Part shown: positions 10,166 through 32,516 of the stretch, piece after piece | Position numbering within the stretch: position 1 is the first letter of the stretch | Layout of the letters: each line of letters opens with the position of its first letter | DNA from: an uncultured delta proteobacterium | GTDB lineage: Bacteria > Myxococcota_A > UBA9160 > UBA4427 | Reading direction: 5' to 3' | Assembly: GCA_963822965.1 (NCBI GenBank) | Contig: CAWGJT010000006.1 | Span: forward strand, 288,001 to 352,000 | DNA: 64,000 nt | Notes under the pieces: model-generated | Seen by the model: only the letters and a program-made list of their open reading frames with translations | What the model was told of the DNA's origin: nothing | Databases searched by the model: none | Position numbers and translations under genes: made by a program

Positions 10166-10996
10166 CTACTTCTTCCCCCGTCGCTTGACGATGTACTTGT
10201 TCGAACGCGACTTGTTGCGCGTCTTGTGCCCCTTGGTGGGCTTGCCCCAGGGCGTGCACGGATGCCGCCCGCCCGAGGTCCGCCCCTCGCCACCGCCCAT
10301 GGGATGGTCGACGGGGTTCATGGCGACGCCGCGCACGTTCGGGCGCTTGCCCTTCCAGCGGGCGCGCCCCGCCTTGCCCAGGGTCTGGTTCTCGTGGTCG
10401 AGGTTGCCCACCTGCCCGATGGTGGCCTTGCAGAGGACGTGCACCATGCGCATCTCGCCGCTGGGCAGACGCAGGGTGGCGTAGCTGCCCTCGCGGGCCA
10501 TCAGCTGGGCGCCGGTCCCGGCCGAACGGACCAGCTGGGCTCCCTTGCCGGGCTTGAGCTCGACGTTGTGCACCAGCGTCCCGAGGGGGATGCGCGCCAG
10601 GGGCAGCGCGTTCCCCACGCGGATGTCGGCCTTCTCTCCCGCCATCAGGCGGTCTCCCACCTTCACGCCGTTCGGCGCGAGGATGTAGCTCTTCTCGCCG
10701 TCCGCGTAGTGCAGCAGCGCGATGTTCGCCGAGCGGTTGGGGTCGTACTCGATCGCCGCGACGACGCCGGGAATCCCCTGCTTGGCGCGGCGGAAGTCGA
10801 TCGCCCGCAAGCGGCGCTTGTGGCCGCCGCCTCGATGCCAGCTGGTGACGCGTCCGTACGTGTTGCGACCGCCGCTCTTGTTCGCGCGGCCGCTCGTGAG
10901 CGACCGCTCGGGCCGGTTCCGGGTGATCTCGACGAATTCCGAGACGCTCATGTCGCGTCGCCCCGGAGACGTCGGCTTGTAGACCTTGACGGGCAT
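10166..10996 (-). CDS. rplB: 50S ribosomal protein L2
   Basis: [30 protein letters not shown]. Confidence 0.99.
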   Translation of the reverse strand: MPVKVYKPTSPGRRDMSVSEFVEITRNRPERSLTSGRANKSGGRNTYGRVTSWHRGGGHKRRLRAIDFRRAKQGIPGVVAAIEYDPNRSANIALLHYADGEKSYILAPNGVKVGDRLMAGEKADIRVGNALPLARIPLGTLVHNVELKPGKGAQLVRSAGTGAQLMAREGSYATLRLPSGEMRMVHVLCKATIGQVGNLDHENQTLGKAGRARWKGKRPNVRGVAMNPVDHPMGGGEGRTSGGRHPCTPWGKPTKGHKTRNKSRSNKYIVKRRGKK

Positions 10997-11005
10997 GGTT
11001 CCCCC

Positions 11006-11293
11006 TTAGATCCCCTCGAAGAACTCGATCGACTGGCCTTCGGCCAGCTGGACGATCGCCTTCTTCCATTCCGGCCGGCGGCCCATGAATCGGCCGATCC
11101 GCCGGGTCTTGCGCGGCTGGCGCATGGTCCGCACGCCGAGCACCTTCACGTCGAAGAGCTCCTCGACGGCGCGCCGGATCTCGTGCTTGTTGGCTCGCGG
11201 GTCGACGGCGAAGGTCGCCACGTTGTCGGCCTCGCGACCGATGTTGCTCTTCTCCGTGACGAGCGGGCGTCGGATCACTTCGTGCGCGTTCAT
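11006..11293 (-). CDS. rplW: 50S ribosomal protein L23
   Basis: RPLVTEKS; ANKHEIRRAVEELFDVKV; WKKAIV. Confidence 0.98.
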   Translation of the reverse strand: MNAHEVIRRPLVTEKSNIGREADNVATFAVDPRANKHEIRRAVEELFDVKVLGVRTMRQPRKTRRIGRFMGRRPEWKKAIVQLAEGQSIEFFEGI

Positions 11294-11958
11294 CGCTCGT
11301 CTCCCTCCGCGCCGGCCGTCCCCTTCGCGAAGCCCTGGAGGCGGCGCTCCACGGCGTCCACCGCTCCGCGCGTGAGCAGCAGCTTGTCGTGGCGCAGGAC
11401 GTCGTAGACGTTCAGCCCCTCGGCGCGGACCACCGCCACGCGCGGAATGTTCCGGGCCGACACCTCCACCTTCTCGTTCGCCTCGCCGATCACGATCAGG
11501 ACCGACGCGCCCGCCAGGCCGAGGCGGTCCAGAGCGTTCACCACCTCGCGGGTCCGGAAGCCCTCGAGCTCCAGGCCGTCCACCACGGTGATCGCGTCCT
11601 CGGCGAAGCGGGTCGAGAGCGCCGAGACCAGCGCGGCCCGCCGCACCTTCTTGGGCAGCGAATGGGCGTAGCCGCGCGGCACCGGACCGAAGACGGCGCC
11701 GCCGCCGGCCCACTGGGGGGCCCGGATGGTGCCCTGTCGGGCGCGGCCGGTCCCCTTCTGCCGGTACGGCTTCTTGCCGCCGCCCGAGACACCCGCACGG
11801 TTCCGCGTGCTGTGCGTTCCCGCCCGGCGCAGCGCGAGCTGCCGCCGGACCTCGGCGTGAAAGAGATGCGGCCGCACGGCCGCTTCGAAGATGGAGGGGT
11901 CGAGATCGACGGTCCCCGCCTTCTCGTTGCCCCGCGTGACGACGTCCAGAGTGGCCAT
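11290..11958 (-). CDS. rplD: 50S ribosomal protein L4
   Basis: [25 protein letters not shown]. Confidence 0.99.
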   Translation of the reverse strand: MATLDVVTRGNEKAGTVDLDPSIFEAAVRPHLFHAEVRRQLALRRAGTHSTRNRAGVSGGGKKPYRQKGTGRARQGTIRAPQWAGGGAVFGPVPRGYAHSLPKKVRRAALVSALSTRFAEDAITVVDGLELEGFRTREVVNALDRLGLAGASVLIVIGEANEKVEVSARNIPRVAVVRAEGLNVYDVLRHDKLLLTRGAVDAVERRLQGFAKGTAGAEGDER

Positions 11959-11960
11959 GG

Positions 11961-12278
<318 letters not shown>

Positions 12279-12318
12279 TGGATTCGTCTTCCTCGCCTCG
12301 GCAAACGCCTGGGCAGTG

Positions 12319-13509
12319 CTACTCGATGACCTCGGACACCACACCGGCGCCGACCGTGCGTCCACCCTCGCGGATGGCGAAGCGCAGCTCCTTGTCCATG
12401 GCGATGGGCGTGATGAGCTGCACCGTCATCTCCACGTTGTCGCCCGGCATCACCATCTCCGTCCCCTCCGGAAGCTCCGCCACGCCCGTCACGTCCGTCG
12501 TCCGGAAGTAGAACTGCGGCCGGTATCCGTTGAAGAACGGCGTGTGACGACCGCCCTCGTCCTTGGTCAGGATGTACGCCTGCGCCTTGAACTTCGTGTG
12601 CGGCGTGATCGTCCCCGGCTTCGCCAGCACCTGGCCCCGCTCCACCTCGTCCTTGCCCGTCCCGCGAAGCAGACACCCCACGTTGTCCCCGGCCTGACCC
12701 TCGTCCAGGATCTTCCGGAACATCTCCACACCCGTCACCACCGTCTTCGACGTGTCCCGGATCCCGACGATCTCCACCTCGTCGCCCGTGTGGACCACAC
12801 CCGCCTCCACACGACCCGTCACCACCGTCCCCCGACCCGTGATCGAGAAAACGTCCTCGATCGGCATCAGGAACGGCTTGTCCAAAGCCCGCTCCGGCTC
12901 CGGAATGAACGAGTCCAGCGCGTCCATCAGCTCGTCGATGCACTTCGCCGCATCGTCGTCCGACGGATTCTCCAGCGCCTTCAACGCCGATCCCTTGATG
13001 ATCGGCGTGTCGTCCCCCGGAAACTCGTACGAAGAAAGAAGCTCCCGAACCTCCATCTCCACCAGCTCCAGAAGCTCCTCGTCGTCCACCTGGTCCACCT
13101 TGTTCAGGAACACCACGATGTACGGAACGTTCACCTGACGAGCCAGCAGCACGTGCTCCCGCGTCTGCGGCATCGGGCCGTCCGCCGCCGACACCACCAG
13201 AATCGCACCGTCCATCTGCGCAGCACCCGTGATCATGTTCTTCACGTAGTCCGCGTGACCCGGACAGTCCACGTGCGCGTAGTGACGCGAAGCCGTCTGG
13301 TACTCCACATGCGCCGTCGCAATCGTGATCCCGCGCTCCCGCTCCTCCGGCGCCTTGTCGATCTGGTCGAAGGGAGTGAAGTCCGCCAGGCCCTTCGCCG
13401 CCTGACGCTGCGTGATCGCAGCCGTCAACGTCGTCTTCCCGTGGTCCACGTGACCGATCGTCCCCACGTTCACGTGGGGCTTCGTCCGCTCGAACTTCTC
13501 CTTGGCCAT
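12319..13509 (-). CDS. tuf: Elongation factor Tu (str-operon copy)
   Basis: [18 protein letters not shown]; full-length 396 aa. Confidence 0.99.
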   Translation of the reverse strand: MAKEKFERTKPHVNVGTIGHVDHGKTTLTAAITQRQAAKGLADFTPFDQIDKAPEERERGITIATAHVEYQTASRHYAHVDCPGHADYVKNMITGAAQMDGAILVVSAADGPMPQTREHVLLARQVNVPYIVVFLNKVDQVDDEELLELVEMEVRELLSSYEFPGDDTPIIKGSALKALENPSDDDAAKCIDELMDALDSFIPEPERALDKPFLMPIEDVFSITGRGTVVTGRVEAGVVHTGDEVEIVGIRDTSKTVVTGVEMFRKILDEGQAGDNVGCLLRGTGKDEVERGQVLAKPGTITPHTKFKAQAYILTKDEGGRHTPFFNGYRPQFYFRTTDVTGVAELPEGTEMVMPGDNVEMTVQLITPIAMDKELRFAIREGGRTVGAGVVSEVIE

Positions 13510-13608
13510 GCTGCCTTCCTCTCTCCCTCTCTTCGGGACTCTTTCCGCTGGTGACCTGCCTGTCGGGCGCTCCCGACGCGGGGCCTCCGCGTCCGGTCAC
13601 GGAGACCG

Positions 13609-15693
<2,085 letters not shown>

Positions 15694-15811
15694 CGTTTCA
15701 TTCCAAACCCGCGTCGCGGACGACCCCCGCCCGCGCCACGGAACCACCAGCCCTCAGCCCTGATCAGCCCTGAGCCCAGCAACTCGCCTCCGGCGAGCTG
15801 CGGAAAAAGCC

Positions 15812-16282
15812 TTACCAGCGATAGTGCGAAAACGCCTTGTTGGCGTCCGCCATCCGGTGCGTGTCTTCCCTCTTCTTCACACTCTCGCCGCGCTCGTTCG
15901 CGGCGTCGATCAGCTCGTTCGCGAGCTTCTCGTGCATGCTCTTGCCCGGGCGCTTCCGCGAGTAATCCGCGATCCAGCGCATGGCCAGCGAGGCGGCGCG
16001 TTCGGGCCGGATCTCGACGGGCACCTGGTAGGTGGCGCCGCCCACGCGGCGCGACTTCACCTCCACCCGCGGGCGGACGTTCTCGAGGGCCCGACGGAAC
16101 GTTGCGAGCGGATCGCTCCGCATCTTGCTCTCGATCTCGTCGAACGCGTCGTAGAGGATGTTCTCGGCCGTGCTCTTCTTCCCGTCGCGCATGAGCACGT
16201 TGATGAAACGACCGACCACCCGGTCGCCGTGCTTGGGATCGGGCTCGGGCTGTCGCTTGGGTACGTCTCGCCTTCTCGGCAT
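15812..16282 (-). CDS. rpsG: 30S ribosomal protein S7
   Basis: [30 protein letters not shown]. Confidence 0.99.
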   Translation of the reverse strand: MPRRRDVPKRQPEPDPKHGDRVVGRFINVLMRDGKKSTAENILYDAFDEIESKMRSDPLATFRRALENVRPRVEVKSRRVGGATYQVPVEIRPERAASLAMRWIADYSRKRPGKSMHEKLANELIDAANERGESVKKREDTHRMADANKAFSHYRW

Positions 16283-16307
16283 CGATGGATCTCCGGGTGG
16301 GGAAGCG

Positions 16308-16679
16308 CTACTTGGGGCGCTTCGCGCCGTACTTCGATCGTCCGCGGTGCCGCCCATCGACGCCCGTCGCGTCCAGGGTCCCGCGCACGATGTGATAACG
16401 AACACCGGGGAGGTCCTTGACGCGACCTCCCCGGACGAGAACCACCGAGTGCTCCTGCAGCGTGTGGCCTTCGCCCGGGATGTAGGCGTTGACCTCGCGC
16501 CCGTTCGTGAGGCGCACACGCGCGACCTTGCGGAGCGCGGAGTTCGGCTTCTTCGGCGTCTGCGTGTAGACGCGCAGACACACGCCGCGCTTCTGCGGCG
16601 CCGCCTCGAGATCCGGGGCCTTCGAACCCTTCCTGCGCGGGGAACGCCCCCTGCGGATCAGCTGTTGGACGGTGGGCAT
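16308..16679 (-). CDS. rpsL: 30S ribosomal protein S12
   Basis: [24 protein letters not shown]. Confidence 0.99.
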   Translation of the reverse strand: MPTVQQLIRRGRSPRRKGSKAPDLEAAPQKRGVCLRVYTQTPKKPNSALRKVARVRLTNGREVNAYIPGEGHTLQEHSVVLVRGGRVKDLPGVRYHIVRGTLDATGVDGRHRGRSKYGAKRPK

Positions 16680-17042
16680 GTGCGAGATCTTCTCCTTGAC
16701 CCGGGTCTTTGCTCGGCGCGCTCGGCTCTCATCGCGGGCTGACCCGCCCGGGCTTGCAACGTTGGCTTCCCGGACGCCTGCCGCGGTTCCGCTCTCCGGC
16801 CCTCGACCTGCTTTCCGACTCGGTCCGACTCGGTTCGCGGGCTCGTCCGTGTCGAGCGAAGAGCGAGCGCCGGCCGCCTTCGGGGATCGACAACGGAAAA
16901 GGTCAGGGACAAAGAGCCCCCTCCGAACCCGCCCTCGCTGCGAAGAGACCGGAGACGCCTGCGGAACGGCGCCTCGGGTATTCCTCTCCGCTGATCGGGG
17001 CGGACCGCGAGAAGGGCGGTCCCTGATCCTAAAAACCGCCGT

Positions 17043-17070
17043 ACTTTAGCGGCGTTCCGTCCACTGTCAA
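17043..17070 (-). promoter_or_regulatory. Sigma70-type promoter of the str operon
   Basis: Minus strand TTGACA-16 nt-TAAAGT in an AT-richer patch between rpoC and rpsL. Confidence 0.7.
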
Positions 17071-17167
17071 CGGACCGGCTGCACCTGCCGGAGAACACCC
17101 ACGGCGTTCGTCGCGCCGGCGGGCGCAGCCTGGCTCCGCAGGGGTCGGCCCGACCGACCCCATCGAC

Positions 17168-21349
<4,182 letters not shown>

Positions 21350-21414
21350 ATTGGTTCCCCCCTGATGGCAGGGCGCGCGCGGACGCGACGGGCGTCCGCG
21401 GATTGGATCGTTCG

Positions 21415-25600
<4,186 letters not shown>

Positions 25601-25813
25601 GGTGGGTCGTTGACCTCCCGACAGCCGCGAGCGACGCCACCGTCCCCTCCGGGACGCTCGACGTCGTCGCGATGCCTCTACGGGCTCACTTTCTCGTCGT
25701 CCTTCCGGTGAAGCTCGCCTCGCGGGAACCGGGACGCGGGCGAGCCACCCATTCGACCGGGCCGGCCCCCGCGGCGTCGCCGCGGGGAGCCCGCCCGGAA
25801 GGAAGGACGGGTA

Positions 25814-26188
25814 CTACTTCACGTCCACCTGACCGCCGGCAGCCTCGATCTTGCCCTTGATCTCGTCGGCCTCCGCCTTCGGCACGCCTTCCTTGAGGGG
25901 CTTCGGCACGCCCTCCACGAGGTCCTTGGCTTCCTTGAGACCCAGACCGGTGATCCCGCGGACCTCCTTGATGACCTGGATCTTCTTGTCCCCGAAGCCC
26001 ACGAGGATCACGTCGAATTCGGTCTTCTCCTCGGCGACGGCCGCGTCGGCAGGACCGGCAGCCGCGGCGACGGCCACCGGTGCGGCCGCAGAGACGCCCC
26101 ACTTCTCCTCGAGAAGCGTTGCGAGCTCGGCCGCTTCCATGACGGTGAGGCTCGAGAGCTGGTCTGCGATGGCGTTCAGGTCGGACAT
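25814..26188 (-). CDS. rplL: 50S ribosomal protein L7/L12
   Basis: [33 protein letters not shown]; alternative ATG at 26194. Confidence 0.98.
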   Translation of the reverse strand: MSDLNAIADQLSSLTVMEAAELATLLEEKWGVSAAAPVAVAAAAGPADAAVAEEKTEFDVILVGFGDKKIQVIKEVRGITGLGLKEAKDLVEGVPKPLKEGVPKAEADEIKGKIEAAGGQVDVK

Positions 26189-26317
26189 TGTCATTGCGCC
26201 TTTCTTGTTGAGACATGAGGGGTGGGCGGTCGTTTCGTCGGGAGCCGACCCACGGCTCCCTCCCGCCACACCGGTCTGGAATTCGCTTCCGGCCGGATCG
26301 GGGCACCCTGCCCGGGA

Positions 26318-26857
26318 TCAGCCGGCCTCTCCCATGGCGTTGCGTCGCGCCTCGATGAGACGCGCCAGCTGGCCGCCGGGCTCCTTCATCAGCCGCACGA
26401 GCTTGGTTGCGGGGGCCACCAGCAAACCCACGAGCTTCCCGCGCAGCTCGTCAAGGCTCGGGAGCGTCGCCAGGGTGGCGATCTCCCCGTGGTCCAGGGC
26501 ACGTCCGTCGAGGTACGCGCCCTTCAGCTCGAAGACGTCGAACGCCTTCGCGTAGTCGACGAGCACCTTCGCGAGAGCGGCCGGGTCTCCGTAGGAGATG
26601 GCGATGGCGGTCGGACCGTTGAAGCAGTCCGCGAGCACGTCGAGCGGCGACTCCGAGGTGGCGCGCCGCAGCACGGAGTTCTTCGTCACCTGGTACTCGA
26701 CTGGACCGCCGGCGACGTCCTTGCGCAGCTTGGCGCGCAGGGAGTTCGCCTGCTCGACGGTCAGGCCGCGATAGTCGGCGACGAAGACGCTGGTGGCCCG
26801 GCCGAACTTCTCGCGCAGCTCGGCGACCTGCTCTTCCTTCTGGGTTCTGGTCAGCAT
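26318..26857 (-). CDS. rplJ: 50S ribosomal protein L10
   Basis: [38 protein letters not shown]. Confidence 0.98.
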   Translation of the reverse strand: MLTRTQKEEQVAELREKFGRATSVFVADYRGLTVEQANSLRAKLRKDVAGGPVEYQVTKNSVLRRATSESPLDVLADCFNGPTAIAISYGDPAALAKVLVDYAKAFDVFELKGAYLDGRALDHGEIATLATLPSLDELRGKLVGLLVAPATKLVRLMKEPGGQLARLIEARRNAMGEAG

Positions 26858-26888
26858 GCGAGTTTCTCCGGTCTCCCCGATCCCGCGC

Positions 26889-27600
26889 TCACGCCGCCGC
26901 CGAGAGCGCCACGGCCGAAGCGGGATCGATCCGCAGCCCGGGCCCCATGGTGGTCGAGAGCGCCATGCGCTTGAAGTAGGTGCCCTTCGCCGCAGACGGC
27001 TTCTGGCGGTTGATGATCTCCATCAGCGCCGACGATGTTGGCGACCAGCTTCTCCGGCTCGAAGGAGATCTTGCCGACCGCGCAGTGGATGATTCCGTTC
27101 TTGTCGACGCGGTACTCCACCTTGCCGGCCTTCTGCTCGGCGACGGCGCGGCCGACGTCCTGGGTGACGGTCCCGAGCTTCGGGTTGGGCATCAGGCCGC
27201 GCGGGCCGAGCACCTTTCCCAGACGACCCACCACGCCCATCATGTCCGGCGTCGCGATCACCCGGTCGAAATCGAGCCAGCCCTCGTTCTGGATCTTCTT
27301 CGCCAGATCCTCCGCACCCACGAAGTCGGCGCCGGCCTCCCGCGCCTCCCGCTCCTTGTCGCCCTTGGCGAAGACCAGGATGCGGGCGGACTTGCCCGTG
27401 CCGTGGGGTAGCACGATCGCGCCGCGCACCATCTGGTCGGCGTGCTTCGGATCGACACCGAGGTTGATGGCGACGTCGACGCTCTCGTCGAACTTGCCCG
27501 TCGGCAGGGACTTGAGCAGGGCGACGGCCTCGTCGGTCGTGTAGAGCTTCGACCGATCGATCGCCTCGGATGCCTTCTTGTAACGATTGCTTCGACCCAT
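26889..27600 (-). CDS. rplA: 50S ribosomal protein L1 (frameshift near 27030)
   Basis: [19 protein letters not shown]-terminus [34 protein letters not shown] lies in another frame, ending at TGA 26889-26891. Confidence 0.96.
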
Positions 27601-27661
27601 GGGTCCATCTCCGCTCGTTGCCACTTCGTGGCTCTCTTGACTCGCGCCTCGATCCCGCCGC

Positions 27662-28087
27662 TCAGCCCTCGACTTCGAGGCCCATCGAGCGCGCGGTGCC
27701 GGCGATGATCTTCTTGGCCGCCTCGACGTCGAAGGCGTTCAGGTCGTCCTTCTTCATCTCGGCGATCTCCGCGAGCTGGGCGGACGTCACCTTGCCGACC
27801 TTCTGCCGGTTCGGCTCGCCCGAGCCCTTCTCGATCTTCGCCGCCTTCTTCAGCAGGACCGCCGCCGGCGGCGACTTCAGCTCGAAGGTGAAGCTGCGAT
27901 CCGCGTAGATCGTGATCACCGCGGGGATCACGAGCCCCTGTCGGTCCTGCGTCCGGGCGTTGAACGCCTTGCAGAACTCCATGATGTTCACGCCGTGCTG
28001 GCCGAGCGCGGGGCCGACCGGGGGCGACGGATTCGCCTGCCCCGCGACGCACTGCAACTTGACCACCGCGATGACCTTCTTTGCCAG
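27662..28087 (-). CDS. rplK: 50S ribosomal protein L11
   Basis: [23 protein letters not shown]; the canonical MAKK start position is a CTG codon (alternative GTG at 28105). Confidence 0.97.
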   Translation of the reverse strand: MAKKVIAVVKLQCVAGQANPSPPVGPALGQHGVNIMEFCKAFNARTQDRQGLVIPAVITIYADRSFTFELKSPPAAVLLKKAAKIEKGSGEPNRQKVGKVTSAQLAEIAEMKKDDLNAFDVEAAKKIIAGTARSMGLEVEG

Positions 28088-28187
28088 CTGCTCTCTCCCG
28101 CTCACCGCCTCGCGGCGAGCTCGCTCTCGGCGTCCGGGCGGGTCGGCGAGCGCCGACCGCAGCGCCCCACCCCGCCGTGCTTCCGTC

Positions 28188-28772
28188 TCAGGCCTTCTCG
28201 ACGTTCGTGTAGTCCAGGACCACCGGCGTCGCGCGACCGAAGACCTGCACCATCACGCGCAGCTTCTCCTTCTCCGGCATCACCTCGTCGACGAAGCCCG
28301 AGAAGTTTGCGAAGGGGCCCGTGGTCACGCGCACGTTCTCGCCCTCTTCGAAGCTGATCAGCGGCTTCGGCTTGGCCGCCCCCTCCTTGATCCGCTGGGT
28401 CATCCGCGCGACTTCTTCCTCCGGAATCGAGGGCGGCTGGGTCGCGTTGCCGACGAAGCCGGTGATCTTCGGGGTCCCCTTCACGACGTGCCACGTCTCG
28501 TCGTTCAGCTCCATGTGCACCAGGATGTAGCCCGGGAAGAACTTCCTCTTCGAGGTGCGCTTCTTGCCGCCGACCATCTCCACGACGTTCTCTTCCGGGA
28601 TCAGCACCTCGTCGATGGCCGCCTCGAAGCCGAGCGCGGTCGCCCGCTCGAGCAGGCTCTGCTTGGCGCGCGCTTCCTGCCCCGAGTAGGTGTGCACGAT
28701 GTACCACTTCTTGTCGCCCGGGTTCACCTTCGCCTCGGCGGAGGAAGTTCCCGGTGTATTCGGTGCGCTCAT
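28188..28772 (-). CDS. nusG: Transcription termination/antitermination factor NusG
   Basis: [21 protein letters not shown] motif [15 protein letters not shown]. Confidence 0.99.
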   Translation of the reverse strand: MSAPNTPGTSSAEAKVNPGDKKWYIVHTYSGQEARAKQSLLERATALGFEAAIDEVLIPEENVVEMVGGKKRTSKRKFFPGYILVHMELNDETWHVVKGTPKITGFVGNATQPPSIPEEEVARMTQRIKEGAAKPKPLISFEEGENVRVTTGPFANFSGFVDEVMPEKEKLRVMVQVFGRATPVVLDYTNVEKA

Positions 28773-28839
28773 CGGATCACCCGTCTTCGCGTTTCGTTCG
28801 GGGTCGTGGCGATCTCGACCCCGGTGCAGAATCCCGACC

Positions 28840-29040
28840 TCACTGCAGAAAGGTCCGCATCACCATGCTCAATGCGTAGTCGATCAGGCCGAGCACCGTC
28901 GTCACGACGACGACGACCACGACCACGCTGACGGTGCCGGCAACCGTCTCGTTCTGCGGCGGCCACGTGATCTTCTTCCATTCCGCCTGGACCTCGACGA
29001 GGTACTCGCGCGCATCTCGAATCCATTGCAGCGGGTTCAC
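28840..29040 (-). CDS. secE: Preprotein translocase subunit SecE
   Basis: [12 protein letters not shown] plus one TM helix; AGGAG SD before GTG 29040. Confidence 0.95.
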   Translation of the reverse strand: MNPLQWIRDAREYLVEVQAEWKKITWPPQNETVAGTVSVVVVVVVVTTVLGLIDYALSMVMRTFLQ

Positions 29041-29139
29041 GGACGGCTCCTGGTTCCTCTCTCTTCTCTGCTCTGTTCTGCTCTCGCTGTTCCGTCTGTT
29101 CTCGCGCGTCTCTCGTCCGGGCCCCGGCACGTCCGTCGG

Positions 29140-29215
29140 TGGCAGGCGCGGAGGGACTCGAACCCCCAACCCCCGGATTTGGAGTCCGGTGCACTACCAA
29201 TTGTGCTACGCGCCT
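29140..29215 (-). tRNA. tRNA-Trp(CCA)
   Basis: Cloverleaf; anticodon arm ccgga-ctCCAaa-tccgg; GTTCGA T-loop; encoded 3' CCA. Confidence 0.98.
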
Positions 29216-29258
29216 AGGGCCCCATGGGGAGCGCCTGCGCGGCGTCCCTCCACACCTC

Positions 29259-30449
<1,191 letters not shown>

Positions 30450-30563
30450 GCTGCCTGTGTCCTCTTGCGTCCGTCTCCCGGGCCAGCGAGGCCCGGGACT
30501 TGGAGGTTTGCTTTCGATCCGGGATCGGCTTCGCTCTCCTGCGAGCGCCCCATCCCGGCTGGC

Positions 30564-30639
30564 TGGAGCTCACGAGCGGGCTTGAACCGCTGACCTCGTC
30601 CTTACCAAGGACGTGCTCTACCACCTGAGCTACGTGAGC
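30564..30639 (-). tRNA. tRNA-Thr(GGT)
   Basis: Anticodon loop ttGGTaa; encoded CCA. Confidence 0.97.
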
Positions 30640-30714
30640 CGAATCCTCTCGCCTGCCTGCCCGCGTCTCAGGGACTCCGCTGCGACTCCCAGGGAGCCCG
30701 ACGGCGTAGGTGCT

Positions 30715-30791
30715 TGGAGCGGGAAACGGGATTCGAACCCGCGACCCCGAGCTTGGAAGGCTCGTGCTCTAGCCAGCTGAGCTATTCCCGC
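30715..30791 (-). tRNA. tRNA-Gly(TCC)
   Basis: cgagc-ctTCCaa-gctcg; encoded CCA. Confidence 0.97.
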
Positions 30792-30891
30792 GTTCCCTTC
30801 GTGCCGTTCCCTACCGTTCGTTCGCTCCGCCGCTCCGACTGCGGCTTGATCCGTGTCTCGCGCTTCTGCTCCAGCGACGAGCCGGGCGCGC

Positions 30892-30977
30892 TGGTGGAGA
30901 GGGGAGGATTCGAACCTCCGAAGGCAATAGCCAGCAGATTTACAGTCTGCCCCGTTTGACCGCTTCGGTACCTCTCC
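30892..30977 (-). tRNA. tRNA-Tyr(GTA)
   Basis: gcaga-ctGTAaa-tctgc; long variable arm; encoded CCA. Confidence 0.97.
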
Positions 30978-31124
30978 GCTCGACCCGCCCTCGCTCCGGC
31001 TTCCACGACGTTTCGAGGCACCGGCCGTGACGCTCGGGTTCGGCGGCCGCCCCGTCCGGCTGCGCAACCTACTCTGCACGGTGTCGATCCTCGTTCGTCC
31101 CCCCACGCCTGCACGCGCGCGCGC

Positions 31125-31139
31125 GCAAAACGTCCTCCA
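31125..31139 (-). promoter_or_regulatory. Possible sigma54 (-24/-12) promoter upstream of tRNA-Tyr-Gly-Thr-tuf
   Basis: Minus strand TGGAGG-ACGTT-TTGC; spacing equals TGGCAC-N5-TTGC. Confidence 0.35.
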
Positions 31140-31481
31140 TCGAACGCGCCGAGACAGCCCAAAAAGGGACTGCCATCGGCCGCACCGCAAAGGGTTCGCC
31201 CGAACTCGGAAGCCTTTGAAATTGGCTTGTTTTCCCGCCCGCGAAACTCGCCCCGACCAGCCCGCAAGATCTCCCGTCGCCCTCACGGGGAGCGCGATGT
31301 TACCGTCCCCGTGTCCCCATGGGCAACCCCCTCCCGCGGGTTCTTTCGGACCACCGGGCAATCCGGCCCGGGCCCCGGCCGACTGGATGGCCGCGGATGG
31401 CTCAATGCGAGTCTTTTTCACCCCAGACCATTCCTCCGAGACGCGAACGGGCGACTCGATCCGGGCCGAGGCGTGGAGCGG

Positions 31482-31554
31482 AGCTGGCGAGGGGACTCGA
31501 ACCCATAACCCTCGGATTACAAATCCGATGCTCTACCAGTTGAGCTACGCCAGC
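31482..31554 (-). tRNA. tRNA-Thr(TGT)
   Basis: tcgga-ttTGTaa-tccga; CCA not encoded (CCG); TATATT -10 at 31581-31586. Confidence 0.96.
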
Positions 31555-31609
31555 GAGGGGAGTCCGGGGGACGGCGGGGCAATATAACGGAGCGGGACGC
31601 CCCCGCCAT

Positions 31610-32431
31610 TCAGCCGGACGGGGGCTCGACCGCGCCGGCCCGTCGCAACAGCTCGAAGAGCAGGACGGCGCCGGCCGTCGCCACGTTGAGCGAGCCGACC
31701 CGGCCCGCCATCGGGATCCGGACCCGGTGGTCCATCTGCGCGAGGACCCCTGGCCGCAGGCCCCGACCCTCGGCGCCCAGGGCCACCGCCAGGTCCCCCG
31801 CCAGCAGCCGGGGCGCCATCTCGAAGATCGACTCCGGCGCGCCGGGATCGGCTCCGAGCAGCCAGAACCCCCGGCGCTTCAGCTCGTCCATGGCTCGCGA
31901 CAGGTTGCCCACCCGGACCACCGGGAGCCATTCGAGCGCTCCGGCGCTCGCCCGGGTGGCGGCGGGGCTGAGCGGCGCCGAGCGGCGCTCGGCGGTCACG
32001 ATGCCGATCGCGCCGGCGGCCTCGGCCACCCGCGCGATCGCCCCCAGGTTCTGGGGATCCTCCACCCCGTCGAGCAGCAGCAGGCGGCGGTCGGGACCCG
32101 GGGCGGCTGCCAGCAGCGCGTCGAGGCCCACCTCGGGCAGCGGCCCCGCCTCGAGCGCCATGCGCTGGGGGTTGCCCCGATCGTCCCGGGCGCGGATCTC
32201 GCCGGGCGGCACCTCCTCCACCGGGACGCCCGCGGCGCGCGCCGCCTCGAGCACCGCCGGCAGGTCCGGGCCGCGCGCTCCTCTGCCGCTCGCGACCCGC
32301 AGCCGGACGAGCTTCCGCCGGCGGGCCCGCAGCGCTTCCAGCACCACGTGGACGCCATCCAGATGCTCGTGGCGGTCTGCCGAGCCGCCTCGCCTGCCGC
32401 CGGCCTTCCTGCCGCCCTGCCGTGCCGCCAA
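31610..32431 (-). CDS. rlmB: 23S rRNA Gm2251 methyltransferase (TrmH/SPOUT family)
   Basis: LDGVEDPQNLGAI, LGAEGRGL, IPMAGRVGSLNV; usual position upstream of the tRNA-tuf cluster. Confidence 0.9.
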   Translation of the reverse strand: MAARQGGRKAGGRRGGSADRHEHLDGVHVVLEALRARRRKLVRLRVASGRGARGPDLPAVLEAARAAGVPVEEVPPGEIRARDDRGNPQRMALEAGPLPEVGLDALLAAAPGPDRRLLLLDGVEDPQNLGAIARVAEAAGAIGIVTAERRSAPLSPAATRASAGALEWLPVVRVGNLSRAMDELKRRGFWLLGADPGAPESIFEMAPRLLAGDLAVALGAEGRGLRPGVLAQMDHRVRIPMAGRVGSLNVATAGAVLLFELLRRAGAVEPPSG

Positions 32432-32516
32432 GCTCCGCTCCCGTGCGGGCTCGCTCGGGGAGCCCGCGCCCGCCCGCCCGGGTCGGGACGAGGGCGAGCC
32501 TAACCCACGGGAGGCG

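Noticed and set aside
30978..31481. Integrated element or att site at tRNA-Thr(TGT)
   Set aside because: No duplicated tRNA 3' end, integrase or terminal repeats found.
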